DNA from: Clostridiales bacterium UBA1206
GTDB lineage: Bacteria; Bacillota; Clostridia; Oscillospirales; CAG-382
Assembly (NCBI GenBank): GCA_002310055.1
Contig: DBXS01000033.1
Location: forward strand, 40,822 to 104,821
Length of the DNA stretch: 64,000 nt
Direction of reading: 5' to 3'
The notes below the pieces were generated by a model. That model saw nothing but the letters and a program-made list of their open reading frames with translations. It ran no database searches and was not told the DNA's origin. The position numbers and the translations under genes were made by a program. Below are positions 47,513 to 55,483 of the stretch, piece after piece. Within the stretch, counting starts at the first letter, position 1; every line of letters begins with the position of its first letter.

Positions 47513-49220
47513 TCTTCCGGTCCGCTTCATATCGGGCGGCGCGGAGACGCGTTCGCTCGTCAAATATTCGGGCAGCGATTTTTGCGCGGTCGTCGAAGGC
47601 GCAGATACCGTGGGTCTGGCGCTGCTTTACGAAAACGTGCGCGTGCACGAATCCGCCTGCCGCGGCGAAAGCATCGCTTTTCCCCCGCTCGAAGCCGGCG
47701 TGTATACCTTTGTGCTTTCGGCGAACGGCAGGGTAGTGACGCACGACCGCGTGGTCTACTACGCCGAAAAATATCCGCTCATAACTCCGCCTAAAGGTAT
47801 AATATACCATATCTTCGTCGACCGCTTCGCGCGCGGCGGCGACGTCCCCGTGAGGAGCGACGCCGTGATGAACGACGACTGGTACGGCGGCGTGCCGCAG
47901 TACGCCGAATATCCGGGCATGCCCGTGGAAAACAATATGTTTTTCGGCGGAACGCTTTACGGCGTGGCGGAAAAGCTCGATTATCTGCTTTCGCTCGGGT
48001 GCGAATGGCTTTACCTGAGCCCCATATTCACCGCCTATTCCAACCACAAATACGACACCGCCGATTTTATGTCGGTCGACCCGATGTTCGGCGGCGACGC
48101 CGCGCTGAAGCACCTCATAAAAGAATGCCACTCGCGCGGGATAAAACTCATACTCGACGGCGTGTTCAATCACGTCGGCGACAGGTCGGTGTATTTCGAC
48201 AGGCTCGGCCGGTACGGCGGGGCCTATGTGAATGAAAACTCGCCTTACCGCGAATGGTTCGATATCCGCCCCGACGGCAGCTACGACTGCTGGTGGGGAC
48301 TTACCAACGTGCCCAAGATACGCAAAGTGCGCTCCTACCGCGACTTTATCTGCAAGACCGTCATCCCGCATTATATGGCGATGGGAGTCGACGGCTGGCG
48401 GCTCGACGTGGTGGACGAATACAGCAACGATTTTCTGGAAGAGATCACCCGCGCCGCCAAAACGTGCGACCCCGAAGCCGTCATCATAGGCGAAGTGTGG
48501 GAAGACGTCACCGACAAGGTGGCGTACAGCGAACGCAAAAAGTATTTCTGCGGCGCCTGGCTCGATTCGGCTATGAACTACCCGGTCAGGAACGCCATAC
48601 TCGAATATTTCGCAAATCACGACGCGTCTCCGCTCAAAGCGGTGATCGAAACTCAGACCGCGCATTATCCGCGCCGCTCGCTTCTGTGCCTTATGAATAT
48701 GCTCGGCACGCACGACACCGAACGCGTGCTCACGCTGCTCGGCGGTCAGAGTTCCGAAGGCAAAAGCGGCTCCGAACTCGCCGCCATGCGTCTTGCGCCC
48801 CAAGACCGCGAACGCGCGGTAAAGCTTATCAAAGCGGCGTTCTGGCTGCTGTTCTGCCTGCCCGGCGTGCCGTCGGTCTATTACGGCGACGAAGCGGGGC
48901 TTGAAGGCGGCAGGGATCCGTTCGACCGCCTGCCTTTCCCGTGGGGGAAAGAAGACGAAGGCATACTGAGTACCGTCCGCGCCGCCGCGAGAGTCAGGCG
49001 CGAAAACGAATGTCTCGTCACGGGCGATACCGAGGTGACCCAGTGCAACGACGGCTTCATCGTCATAAAGCGCACGCTCGGCAAAGAGCGCGTAGTCTGC
49101 GTGTGCAATATGTCGCTTGAATACGATTATAAAGTCGACCCGGCGCTCGTTCCGCTGAACGGCGCGCCGCACGTGCTTTTCCCCGGCGAGACCGGAGTAT
49201 ATAAGGAGACGGCAAAATGA
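47505..49220 (+). CDS. GH13 alpha-amylase family enzyme (neopullulanase/cyclomaltodextrinase-like)
   Basis: 571 aa. GH13 conserved regions DGVFNHVG, DGWRLDVVDE, GEVWED and LGTHDTER. Overlaps the glgP stop by 8 nt. Confidence 0.85.
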   Translation: MVDLPVRFISGGAETRSLVKYSGSDFCAVVEGADTVGLALLYENVRVHESACRGESIAFPPLEAGVYTFVLSANGRVVTHDRVVYYAEKYPLITPPKGIIYHIFVDRFARGGDVPVRSDAVMNDDWYGGVPQYAEYPGMPVENNMFFGGTLYGVAEKLDYLLSLGCEWLYLSPIFTAYSNHKYDTADFMSVDPMFGGDAALKHLIKECHSRGIKLILDGVFNHVGDRSVYFDRLGRYGGAYVNENSPYREWFDIRPDGSYDCWWGLTNVPKIRKVRSYRDFICKTVIPHYMAMGVDGWRLDVVDEYSNDFLEEITRAAKTCDPEAVIIGEVWEDVTDKVAYSERKKYFCGAWLDSAMNYPVRNAILEYFANHDASPLKAVIETQTAHYPRRSLLCLMNMLGTHDTERVLTLLGGQSSEGKSGSELAAMRLAPQDRERAVKLIKAAFWLLFCLPGVPSVYYGDEAGLEGGRDPFDRLPFPWGKEDEGILSTVRAAARVRRENECLVTGDTEVTQCNDGFIVIKRTLGKERVVCVCNMSLEYDYKVDPALVPLNGAPHVLFPGETGVYKETAK

Positions 49221-49954
49221 AAGAACAAATGATTTCCGATCTGCGCGCGCTCGGCGTGCGCGAGGGCGATTCGCTGCTCGTGCATACCGCGTTTTCCAAG
49301 CTCGGCAAAAACGTCGACCCCGCCGAAGTCATAGACGCCCTGCGCACGGCGCTCGGCGAAAAAGGCACGCTGGTGCTGCCCGCGCTTTCGTGGGCGAACG
49401 TCACCGCCGCAAACCCCGTGTTCGACGTAAACGCCACGCCGGTCTGCGTGGGTTTCCTGCCGGAATATTTCCGCCGTCTTCCGGGCGTGAAACGCTCGGT
49501 CCACCCCACCCATTCGTGCTGCGCGATAGGGTATAAAGCCGGGTATTATCTGGAGTCGCACCAGGCGGATATCACTCCGGTGGGCCCGAATTCGCCGTTT
49601 TCCAAGCTCGCGCGCGACGGCGGCAAGATCCTGTTTCTGGGGTGCGGCACCACGCCCAACACCTCGATGCACGGAATAGAAGAGCTCGTGGTTCCGGATT
49701 ATCTTTACGGCGACGATATCGTCTACACGATCACCGACAACGAAGGCAGGACGTATACCAAAAAGTATCACACTCACGGCTTCGCCCGCACCGCTCAGCG
49801 TTACGAGCGCGCCGAAGAACTGCTTTCGCCGGGCGAGATTTCGCGCGGCAAGGTGCTTCAGGCGGAATGCACGCTTATGTACGCGCCCGCGCTTTGGCAC
49901 AAGGCGGCGGAGGCGCTGCGCCGCGATCCGCACTGCATGGTGGATATTTACTGA
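49217..49954 (+). CDS. AAC(3)-family aminoglycoside N3-acetyltransferase-like protein (YokD-like)
   Basis: 245 aa. LGVREGDSLLVHTAFSKLG...GTLVLPALSW matches the Antibiotic_NAT family pattern. ATGA overlap with the GH13 gene. Confidence 0.75.
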   Translation: MKEQMISDLRALGVREGDSLLVHTAFSKLGKNVDPAEVIDALRTALGEKGTLVLPALSWANVTAANPVFDVNATPVCVGFLPEYFRRLPGVKRSVHPTHSCCAIGYKAGYYLESHQADITPVGPNSPFSKLARDGGKILFLGCGTTPNTSMHGIEELVVPDYLYGDDIVYTITDNEGRTYTKKYHTHGFARTAQRYERAEELLSPGEISRGKVLQAECTLMYAPALWHKAAEALRRDPHCMVDIY

Positions 49955-50003
49955 AAACGCGGCGGATCTATTCTAAAAAATTTTACAATTTTTGCAAAAA
50001 ATA

Positions 50004-50032
50004 TTGACAAATCCAAAAACGTGTTATATAAT
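50004..50032 (+). promoter_or_regulatory. Consensus sigma-A promoter for the SigH-like sigma factor gene
   Basis: TTGACA (50004-50009), 17-nt spacer, TATAAT (50027-50032). Confidence 0.75.
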
Positions 50033-50068
50033 GCCTATTTGTAAAGGCAGAATTTCCGGCGGTGTGAT

Positions 50069-50641
50069 ATGCGTAAAACTAACAACTCCAATCCTTATGA
50101 ACAAACCGCCGAATACGAACTTATCCTTGCGGCAAGGAACAACGACGACTCGGCTTTCGAGACCTTGTATAAACGTTACATCCCGCTTGTAAACGGGTGC
50201 GTTTCGTCCTTTCAGGTCCCCCCTTCCGAACGCGACGACCTTTTTCAGGAAGGTATGATCGGGCTTCTGAAAGCGATCCGCACATACGACAATACCTCTT
50301 CCGCATTCCAGACCTATGCCTCGCTTTGCGTAAAGCGCAGTATGATCAGCGCCTTGCGCAAGTATAACCGCGCAAACCGTTTGGTATATTCGGCAGAAGT
50401 ACCGGATCATATCCCCGCCCCGCACGACGCGGCCGCCGGCGACAGATACCGGGACGAAGACAGACAGCGCATAATGAGCTTTGTAAACGAGCTTTCACCT
50501 TTTGAAAAGAAAACGTTTTCCCTGTATATTTCGGGTATGAAGTATTCTTCTATGGCCGAAAAACTGGGCTGTTCTGTCAAAAGCGTAGATAACGCAATAA
50601 CTCGAATAAAATCCAAGATCAAAAAGTTCAAGGCGCGGTAA
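50069..50641 (+). CDS. Sigma-70 family sigma factor, SigH-like
   Basis: 190 aa. QEGMIGLLKAIRTYD...SFQTYASLCVKRSMISALRK and LSPFEKKTFSLYISGMKYSSMAEKLGCSVKSVDNAITRIKSKI parallel B. subtilis SigH regions 2 and 4. Confidence 0.7.
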   Translation: MRKTNNSNPYEQTAEYELILAARNNDDSAFETLYKRYIPLVNGCVSSFQVPPSERDDLFQEGMIGLLKAIRTYDNTSSAFQTYASLCVKRSMISALRKYNRANRLVYSAEVPDHIPAPHDAAAGDRYRDEDRQRIMSFVNELSPFEKKTFSLYISGMKYSSMAEKLGCSVKSVDNAITRIKSKIKKFKAR

Positions 50642-50693
50642 TACGCCCCTAACAAGGGTTTATTATAAAATTTTCAAGTGAGGTACCTCAAAC

Positions 50694-50969
50694 ATGTTCG
50701 AAGACAAGACATTGGTTTGCAAAGAATGCGGTAAAGAATTCGTTTTCACCGCAGGCGAACAGGAATTCTACGCAGCTCGCGGCTTCCAGAACGAACCGCA
50801 GAGATGCAAAGAATGCAGAGCGGCAAGAAAGAACGCTGCTAAAGCTCCGCGCGAGATGTTCACCGGCGTTTGCGCTAAATGCGGCAAAGAAGCTACCGTT
50901 CCTTTCCAGCCCACCACTGACAGACCTATTTACTGCAGTGAATGCTTCGCAGCTATGAAGCAGAACTAA
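50694..50969 (+). CDS. Zinc-ribbon protein (two CxxC...CxxC units)
   Basis: 91 aa. CKECGKEF...CKEC and CAKCGKE...CSEC. Resembles a widespread small zinc-ribbon family. Confidence 0.7.
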   Translation: MFEDKTLVCKECGKEFVFTAGEQEFYAARGFQNEPQRCKECRAARKNAAKAPREMFTGVCAKCGKEATVPFQPTTDRPIYCSECFAAMKQN

Positions 50970-51000
50970 GGCGTAAAGGCAAACGACAAACAATGACTAC

Positions 51001-51031
51001 AAAAAGAGCGCTTTGATCAAGCGCTCTTTTT
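51001..51031 (+). terminator. Rho-independent terminator after the zinc-ribbon gene
   Basis: AGAGCGCT-ttgatca-AGCGCTCT followed by TTTTT. Confidence 0.8.
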
Positions 51032-51053
51032 GCGTTTATATCTTGCGCGTTTA

Positions 51054-51083
51054 TTGACAAACGCGCCCCTTTTGTGCTATAAT
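51054..51083 (+). promoter_or_regulatory. Sigma-A type promoter for ilvBN
   Basis: TTGACA (51054-51059), 18-nt spacer, TGcTATAAT extended -10 (51078-51083). Only about 25 nt of leader. Confidence 0.7.
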
Positions 51084-51107
51084 CCACTAAAAGAAGGCGG
51101 TGAAACA

Positions 51108-52637
51108 ATGAAAGGTTCGCAAATCGTCGTCGAGTGCCTCAAAAGCCACGGCGTAACGCATATATTCGGTTACCCCGGCGGAAGCGTGCTTCCGGTCTAT
51201 GACGCGCTGATCGGCTCCGGCATAACGCATATACTTTCCTCGCACGAGCAGTTCGCCTGCCACGCGGCGGACGGCTACGCCCGCGCAACGGGAAAAGCCG
51301 GCGTGGTGCTCGCCACCAGCGGACCTGGCGCCACCAATCTGGTCACGGGCATCGCCAACGCGTATATGGATTCCATCCCGCTCGTCGCGATAACCGGCAA
51401 CGTAAAGCTTTCGCTCTTGGGGCACGACGCGTTCCAGGAAATAGATATCACCGGCGTCACAATGCCTGTCACCAAACACAATTTCATAGTCAAATCCGCG
51501 TCCGAGCTCGCAAGCGCCTTAAAGCGCGCGTTCCTCATAGCGAATTCGGGGCGCAAAGGACCGGTGCTGGTCGATATACCCACCGATATATTCGATACCG
51601 AAACTCAGGAATGCGACGTGACGCCGCTCCCCGCGCGCGAATACCATCCGTCCGCGGAAGAGATCGAAAACGCCGTAAACGCGGTCAACGCCTGCAAGTA
51701 CCCGTTCATCTGCGCGGGCGGGGGAGTCATAGCTTCCGAAAGTTCAGACGAACTTTTTGCGCTGGCTCACCGCATAAACAGTCCGGTCGCCGTGACCGCT
51801 ATGGGCAAGGGCGCGTTCCCCGCGCACGATACGCTCTACGCCGGAGTCGTGGGTATGAACCTTGGCGAACAGGCAAAGCGCGCGCTCAAAAAGTGCGACC
51901 TGTTTATTGCAATGGGCATACGTTTTTCCGAACGTCTTATGAAAAACGTGGTCTCGTTCGCGCCGAATGCAAAGATACTGCATATGGATATCGACGCCGC
52001 CGAGACCGGAAAGAACGCCGAATATCACACCCGCGTGGTGGGCGATATGAAAGAGACGCTCAAATCGCTTCTTCCGCGCGTAAATGAAAAGCCTTACAAG
52101 GGCTTTGAGGGCGGAAAACCGCCGGCGGAAGGCTTTTTCGGCGTTATCGAACGCCACCGCCGCGGCGTTATCGTCACCACCGAAGTCGGCCTGCATCAGA
52201 TCGAGGCGGTCAACCGCATAGGCACCGAACAGCCGCGCACCTTCATAACCAGCGGCGGGCTCGGGACTATGGGTTTCGGGCTCCCAGCCGCTATAGGAGC
52301 GTCTGTCGGCACCGGCAAGCGGGTGATCAACGTCGCCGGCGACGGCAGTTTCAATATGAATATGCAGGAACTTTCCACCGCCGCGCGTTACGGACTCCCC
52401 GTGACTCAGGTTGTCGTGTACAACGGTTCGTTGGGCATGATAGAAAAATGGCAGAACGAGCAGTACGGCGGCAGGATATTCCAGACCAAACTGCCGCGTA
52501 TAGAATATTCCGCGCTGTCGCGCGCTTTCGGCGTGCCGTACGCGCACGCGTCGACCGAAAAAGAACTCGATAACGCGCTGTCCGACGCGGAGACGGGGTC
52601 CGGTCCGTATCTTATCGTGTGGGAGGGGCAGATATGA
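51108..52637 (+). CDS. ilvB: Acetolactate synthase, large (catalytic) subunit
   Basis: Start at ATG 51108 (MKGSQIVVECLKSHGVTHIFGYPGG). ThDP motif GGLGTMGFGLPAAIGA...GDGSFNMN. Confidence 0.92.
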   Translation: MKGSQIVVECLKSHGVTHIFGYPGGSVLPVYDALIGSGITHILSSHEQFACHAADGYARATGKAGVVLATSGPGATNLVTGIANAYMDSIPLVAITGNVKLSLLGHDAFQEIDITGVTMPVTKHNFIVKSASELASALKRAFLIANSGRKGPVLVDIPTDIFDTETQECDVTPLPAREYHPSAEEIENAVNAVNACKYPFICAGGGVIASESSDELFALAHRINSPVAVTAMGKGAFPAHDTLYAGVVGMNLGEQAKRALKKCDLFIAMGIRFSERLMKNVVSFAPNAKILHMDIDAAETGKNAEYHTRVVGDMKETLKSLLPRVNEKPYKGFEGGKPPAEGFFGVIERHRRGVIVTTEVGLHQIEAVNRIGTEQPRTFITSGGLGTMGFGLPAAIGASVGTGKRVINVAGDGSFNMNMQELSTAARYGLPVTQVVVYNGSLGMIEKWQNEQYGGRIFQTKLPRIEYSALSRAFGVPYAHASTEKELDNALSDAETGSGPYLIVWEGQI

Positions 52638-53092
52638 AAACGCGCATCTTTTCGGCGTTCGTCAACAACAACTCGGGCGTTCTCACGCGCATTTCCGGTC
52701 TGTTCGCGCGGCGCGGCTACAACATAAAAAGCCTCACCGTCGGCGAGACGACCGATCCGCGCGTTTCGCGCATGACCATTGAATGCCTGGGCGACGACCG
52801 CACTTTCGAGCAGATCGAAAGCCAGCTCGGCAAGGTCGAAGACGTCATAAGCGTCGCCATGCTTGATCCCGAACGCACCGTGTGCCGCGAGCTTTTCCTT
52901 ATAAGCGTGCGCGGCGGCGCGTTACCTCAGCGCGAAGAGGATCATCTGGATTACCGCGTCGTTTCTCAAAGCGCTTCCGGCGCGGTCTACGAGCTGTGCG
53001 GCACGGGCGAAGACCTCGGGCGCTTTTGCTCGATGTTCCCCGGCGCCAAGTTCGATATCGCCCGTACCGGCATAACCGCGGTAGAAAAGTAA
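52634..53092 (+). CDS. ilvN: Acetolactate synthase, small (regulatory) subunit
   Basis: ACT domain FVNNNSGVLTRISGLFARRGYNIKSLTVGETTDPRVSRMTI. ATGA overlap with ilvB. Confidence 0.9.
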   Translation: MKTRIFSAFVNNNSGVLTRISGLFARRGYNIKSLTVGETTDPRVSRMTIECLGDDRTFEQIESQLGKVEDVISVAMLDPERTVCRELFLISVRGGALPQREEDHLDYRVVSQSASGAVYELCGTGEDLGRFCSMFPGAKFDIARTGITAVEK

Positions 53093-53103
53093 GAGGTGGA
53101 ACT

Positions 53104-53673
53104 ATGAAGATCCTTATGCTCGGCAACAGTTTTACTTACTGCAACGATCTCGATAAAATGCTCGCCGAAAGGCTGAACGCCTGCGTCGTGCGCAACGTGC
53201 GCGGCGGCGCGCGGCTTTCGGAACAGCTCAACCCCGCGACGGAGCTCGGCGCAAACGCCAAAAAACTTTTTGAAGAAAAATGGGATTACGTCGTGCTGCA
53301 GGAAATGTCCCGCGGGCCCGTGACCGAAAAAGAAAGCTTTATGCAAAGCGTAAAAGAGCTGTCGTCGCGCGCAAGGGAATGCGGCGCAAAGCCGCTGCTC
53401 TACGCAACCTGGGCGTACCGCGAAGGCAGCGAAAAGCTTGCGTCCACCGGGCTCGGGTATAAAGAAATGACGCTGGCGCTGCACGATTCGTATCACGAAG
53501 CCGCCGCGGCTAACGGCTGCCTTGTCGCCGACGTGGGCGACGCGTTCTACGAGATGCGCGAAAAAGCGGACGAGCTTTTTGTTGAAGACGATTATCACCC
53601 CGGCGTATACGGATCCGGCCTCGCCGCCGACGTCATCGCCGCGGTCATCAGAGAAGATGTGAAAAATGGCTAA
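53104..53673 (+). CDS. SGNH/GDSL-type hydrolase family protein
   Basis: 189 aa. Block I MKILMLGNSFTY and a C-terminal DDYHPG block. Confidence 0.6.
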   Translation: MKILMLGNSFTYCNDLDKMLAERLNACVVRNVRGGARLSEQLNPATELGANAKKLFEEKWDYVVLQEMSRGPVTEKESFMQSVKELSSRARECGAKPLLYATWAYREGSEKLASTGLGYKEMTLALHDSYHEAAAANGCLVADVGDAFYEMREKADELFVEDDYHPGVYGSGLAADVIAAVIREDVKNG

Positions 53674-54763
53674 CATACTCGATTACATAGAATGGCGCGG
53701 CGATCTGCCCATAAAAGACGTCCCGCTAAGCGAAGCCGACGCGTTGGTGTTTTCACGCGCGGCGTATATGCCGCTCGAAGGTCTGCTCGGCGAATCCGAC
53801 GGTCCTGTCCCGCTGGGCGAGCTTTATACCGCGCTCGCCGAACAGTTCGCAAGCGGCGAAAAACAGCAGCTTATCGAAGGCGACGAAAAACTCTGCCGCC
53901 TTATGGCGCGCGCCCCGCGCTACGCGAATATCGGCGCCGCGCACTACGTCAATATCGTCGACGAATTTTCGGAAAAGCAGTTTTCGGCGGTGACTTTCGT
54001 GCTGCCGGACGGCATCTGCGTGGCGTTCCGCGGTACCGACGGCACGGTTTTGGGCTGGAAAGAAGACTTCAATATGGCGTTTTCGGACGTCGTCCCCGCG
54101 CAGATGGACGCGGTGAAATATCTCGAACGTTCCGCGCACGTGTTCGACGGGAGCATCCGCGTGACCGGACATTCCAAAGGCGGAAATCTTGCTATCTACG
54201 CTTCGGCGTTCTGCGACCCCGAGACCAAGCAGCGTATCATAGCGGTGCGCAGCCACGACGGGCCGGGGTTTTCGGATAAGATCGCCAACACCGAAGAATA
54301 TATGCAGACTATGCCGCTGGTGCGCACGTTCCTGCCGCAGTCTTCGGTGATAGGTATGCTTATGGTCCACCGCGAAGAGACCGTCATAGTAAAAAGCACC
54401 GAGCACGCGCTTATGCAGCACGACCTTTACAGCTGGTGCGTGCGGCGCGGAGGTTTCGAGCGGGTGGAAGAGCTCACCGATATGAGCCGTTTCGTCGACG
54501 ACACGCTAAAGCGCTGGGTATGCGAAATGCCAGTCGCCGAGCGCGGCAAGATGGTCGAAGCCGTGTTCAAGGTGATAGGCACCGGCGGCACCTCCGCCAT
54601 CAAAGACATTATGGCGGGCACACACAGCATAACTATGGTGCGCGCCTATGCGGCGCTCGATCCGGAATCCAAACGCGTGGTCTCGGACGGACTCAGGATA
54701 CTTCGCGAATGCGCTTCCGCCGCAGAAGCGCGCAGAAAGGCTTCCAAAGCGGCAAAGGTATAA
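53666..54763 (+). CDS. Mbeg1-like (DUF2974) alpha/beta hydrolase
   Basis: 365 aa. Nucleophile elbow VTGHSKGGNLAIYAS and the N-terminal pattern ILDYIEWRGDL...F...DALVFSRAAYMP typical of DUF2974. Confidence 0.7.
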   Translation: MANILDYIEWRGDLPIKDVPLSEADALVFSRAAYMPLEGLLGESDGPVPLGELYTALAEQFASGEKQQLIEGDEKLCRLMARAPRYANIGAAHYVNIVDEFSEKQFSAVTFVLPDGICVAFRGTDGTVLGWKEDFNMAFSDVVPAQMDAVKYLERSAHVFDGSIRVTGHSKGGNLAIYASAFCDPETKQRIIAVRSHDGPGFSDKIANTEEYMQTMPLVRTFLPQSSVIGMLMVHREETVIVKSTEHALMQHDLYSWCVRRGGFERVEELTDMSRFVDDTLKRWVCEMPVAERGKMVEAVFKVIGTGGTSAIKDIMAGTHSITMVRAYAALDPESKRVVSDGLRILRECASAAEARRKASKAAKV

Positions 54764-54803
54764 AAAAACGGTCACGAACGGTTCTGTTCGCGACCTTTTC
54801 GTT

Positions 54804-55292
54804 TTATTTTATCTCGGTATATATCATCCCGCGCTCGCCTCTGTCGGAACGCATCAGCGCCGCGTGCGGCGATACCGTCACCGCTTTGGGCGGCGTTACC
54901 GCGGGGATGATATCGCGGTCGGGTCTGCGCAGCAGGGTGATGTGCGGCGAAAACGGCTTTTTGTCGAACGGCACGCCCGCTTTTTCCAGTTCCGCCCTTA
55001 TTTTCGCCGCGTAAGCGTACATTTCACGGCTCGCCTTTACGCCGACCCACCATACGCCGTTAAATTTGCCCACGCCCGCAAGCTCTATCGCAAATTCCGG
55101 TTCGCCGCAGGATCTGAGTATACGCAGTATCTTTTCGGGATGATCGTATTCGCCTGTAAAGGCAAGCGTAAGGTGAATATTCGCGCGCGAGGTGTAATTT
55201 CCGCGCACTCCCGCTTCTTTGAGCGCCGCCTGCGTTTTGCACACCGCGTCAACGGTTTCTTTGTCCGGGATAAGAGCTATAAAGAGCCGCAT
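54804..55292 (-). CDS. thpR: RNA 2',3'-cyclic phosphodiesterase ThpR (2H/LigT family)
   Basis: 162 aa from ATG 55292 (MRLFIAL...). Two HxT motifs, HLTLAF and HITLLR. Confidence 0.88.
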   Translation of the reverse strand: MRLFIALIPDKETVDAVCKTQAALKEAGVRGNYTSRANIHLTLAFTGEYDHPEKILRILRSCGEPEFAIELAGVGKFNGVWWVGVKASREMYAYAAKIRAELEKAGVPFDKKPFSPHITLLRRPDRDIIPAVTPPKAVTVSPHAALMRSDRGERGMIYTEIK

Positions 55293-55393
55293 ACCGTTTT
55301 CACCCCTTTCTTTTTTAAGCTTTTTACCATTATAACACGGCGTTTGCGCTTTTTCAAGCGCGGAACGTACAAAAAACGTCCGCGCACGCGCTA

Positions 55394-55422
55394 TTGACAT
55401 TTTACGCCAAAAGTAGTATCAT
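55394..55422 (+). promoter_or_regulatory. Sigma-A type promoter for the surface-protein gene
   Basis: TTGACA (55394-55399), 17-nt spacer, TATCAT (55417-55422). Confidence 0.65.
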
Positions 55423-55483
55423 ATTATCAATAACAGACGCACGCGCACCATTTGCGCGGAACGAATCGAACGGAGGTATACGT

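Noticed and set aside
50674-50690. 12-bp perfect palindrome TGAGGTACCTCA covering the RBS of the zinc-ribbon gene, as a possible RBS-sequestering hairpin.
   Set aside because: It would form only a 4-bp stem with a 4-nt loop. That is too weak to be meaningful without other evidence.
50970-51107. Expected T-box or leader-peptide attenuator upstream of ilvB.
   Set aside because: A terminator (51001-51031) and a promoter (51054-51083) leave only about 25 nt of leader. There is no room for a T-box (over 200 nt) or a leader peptide.
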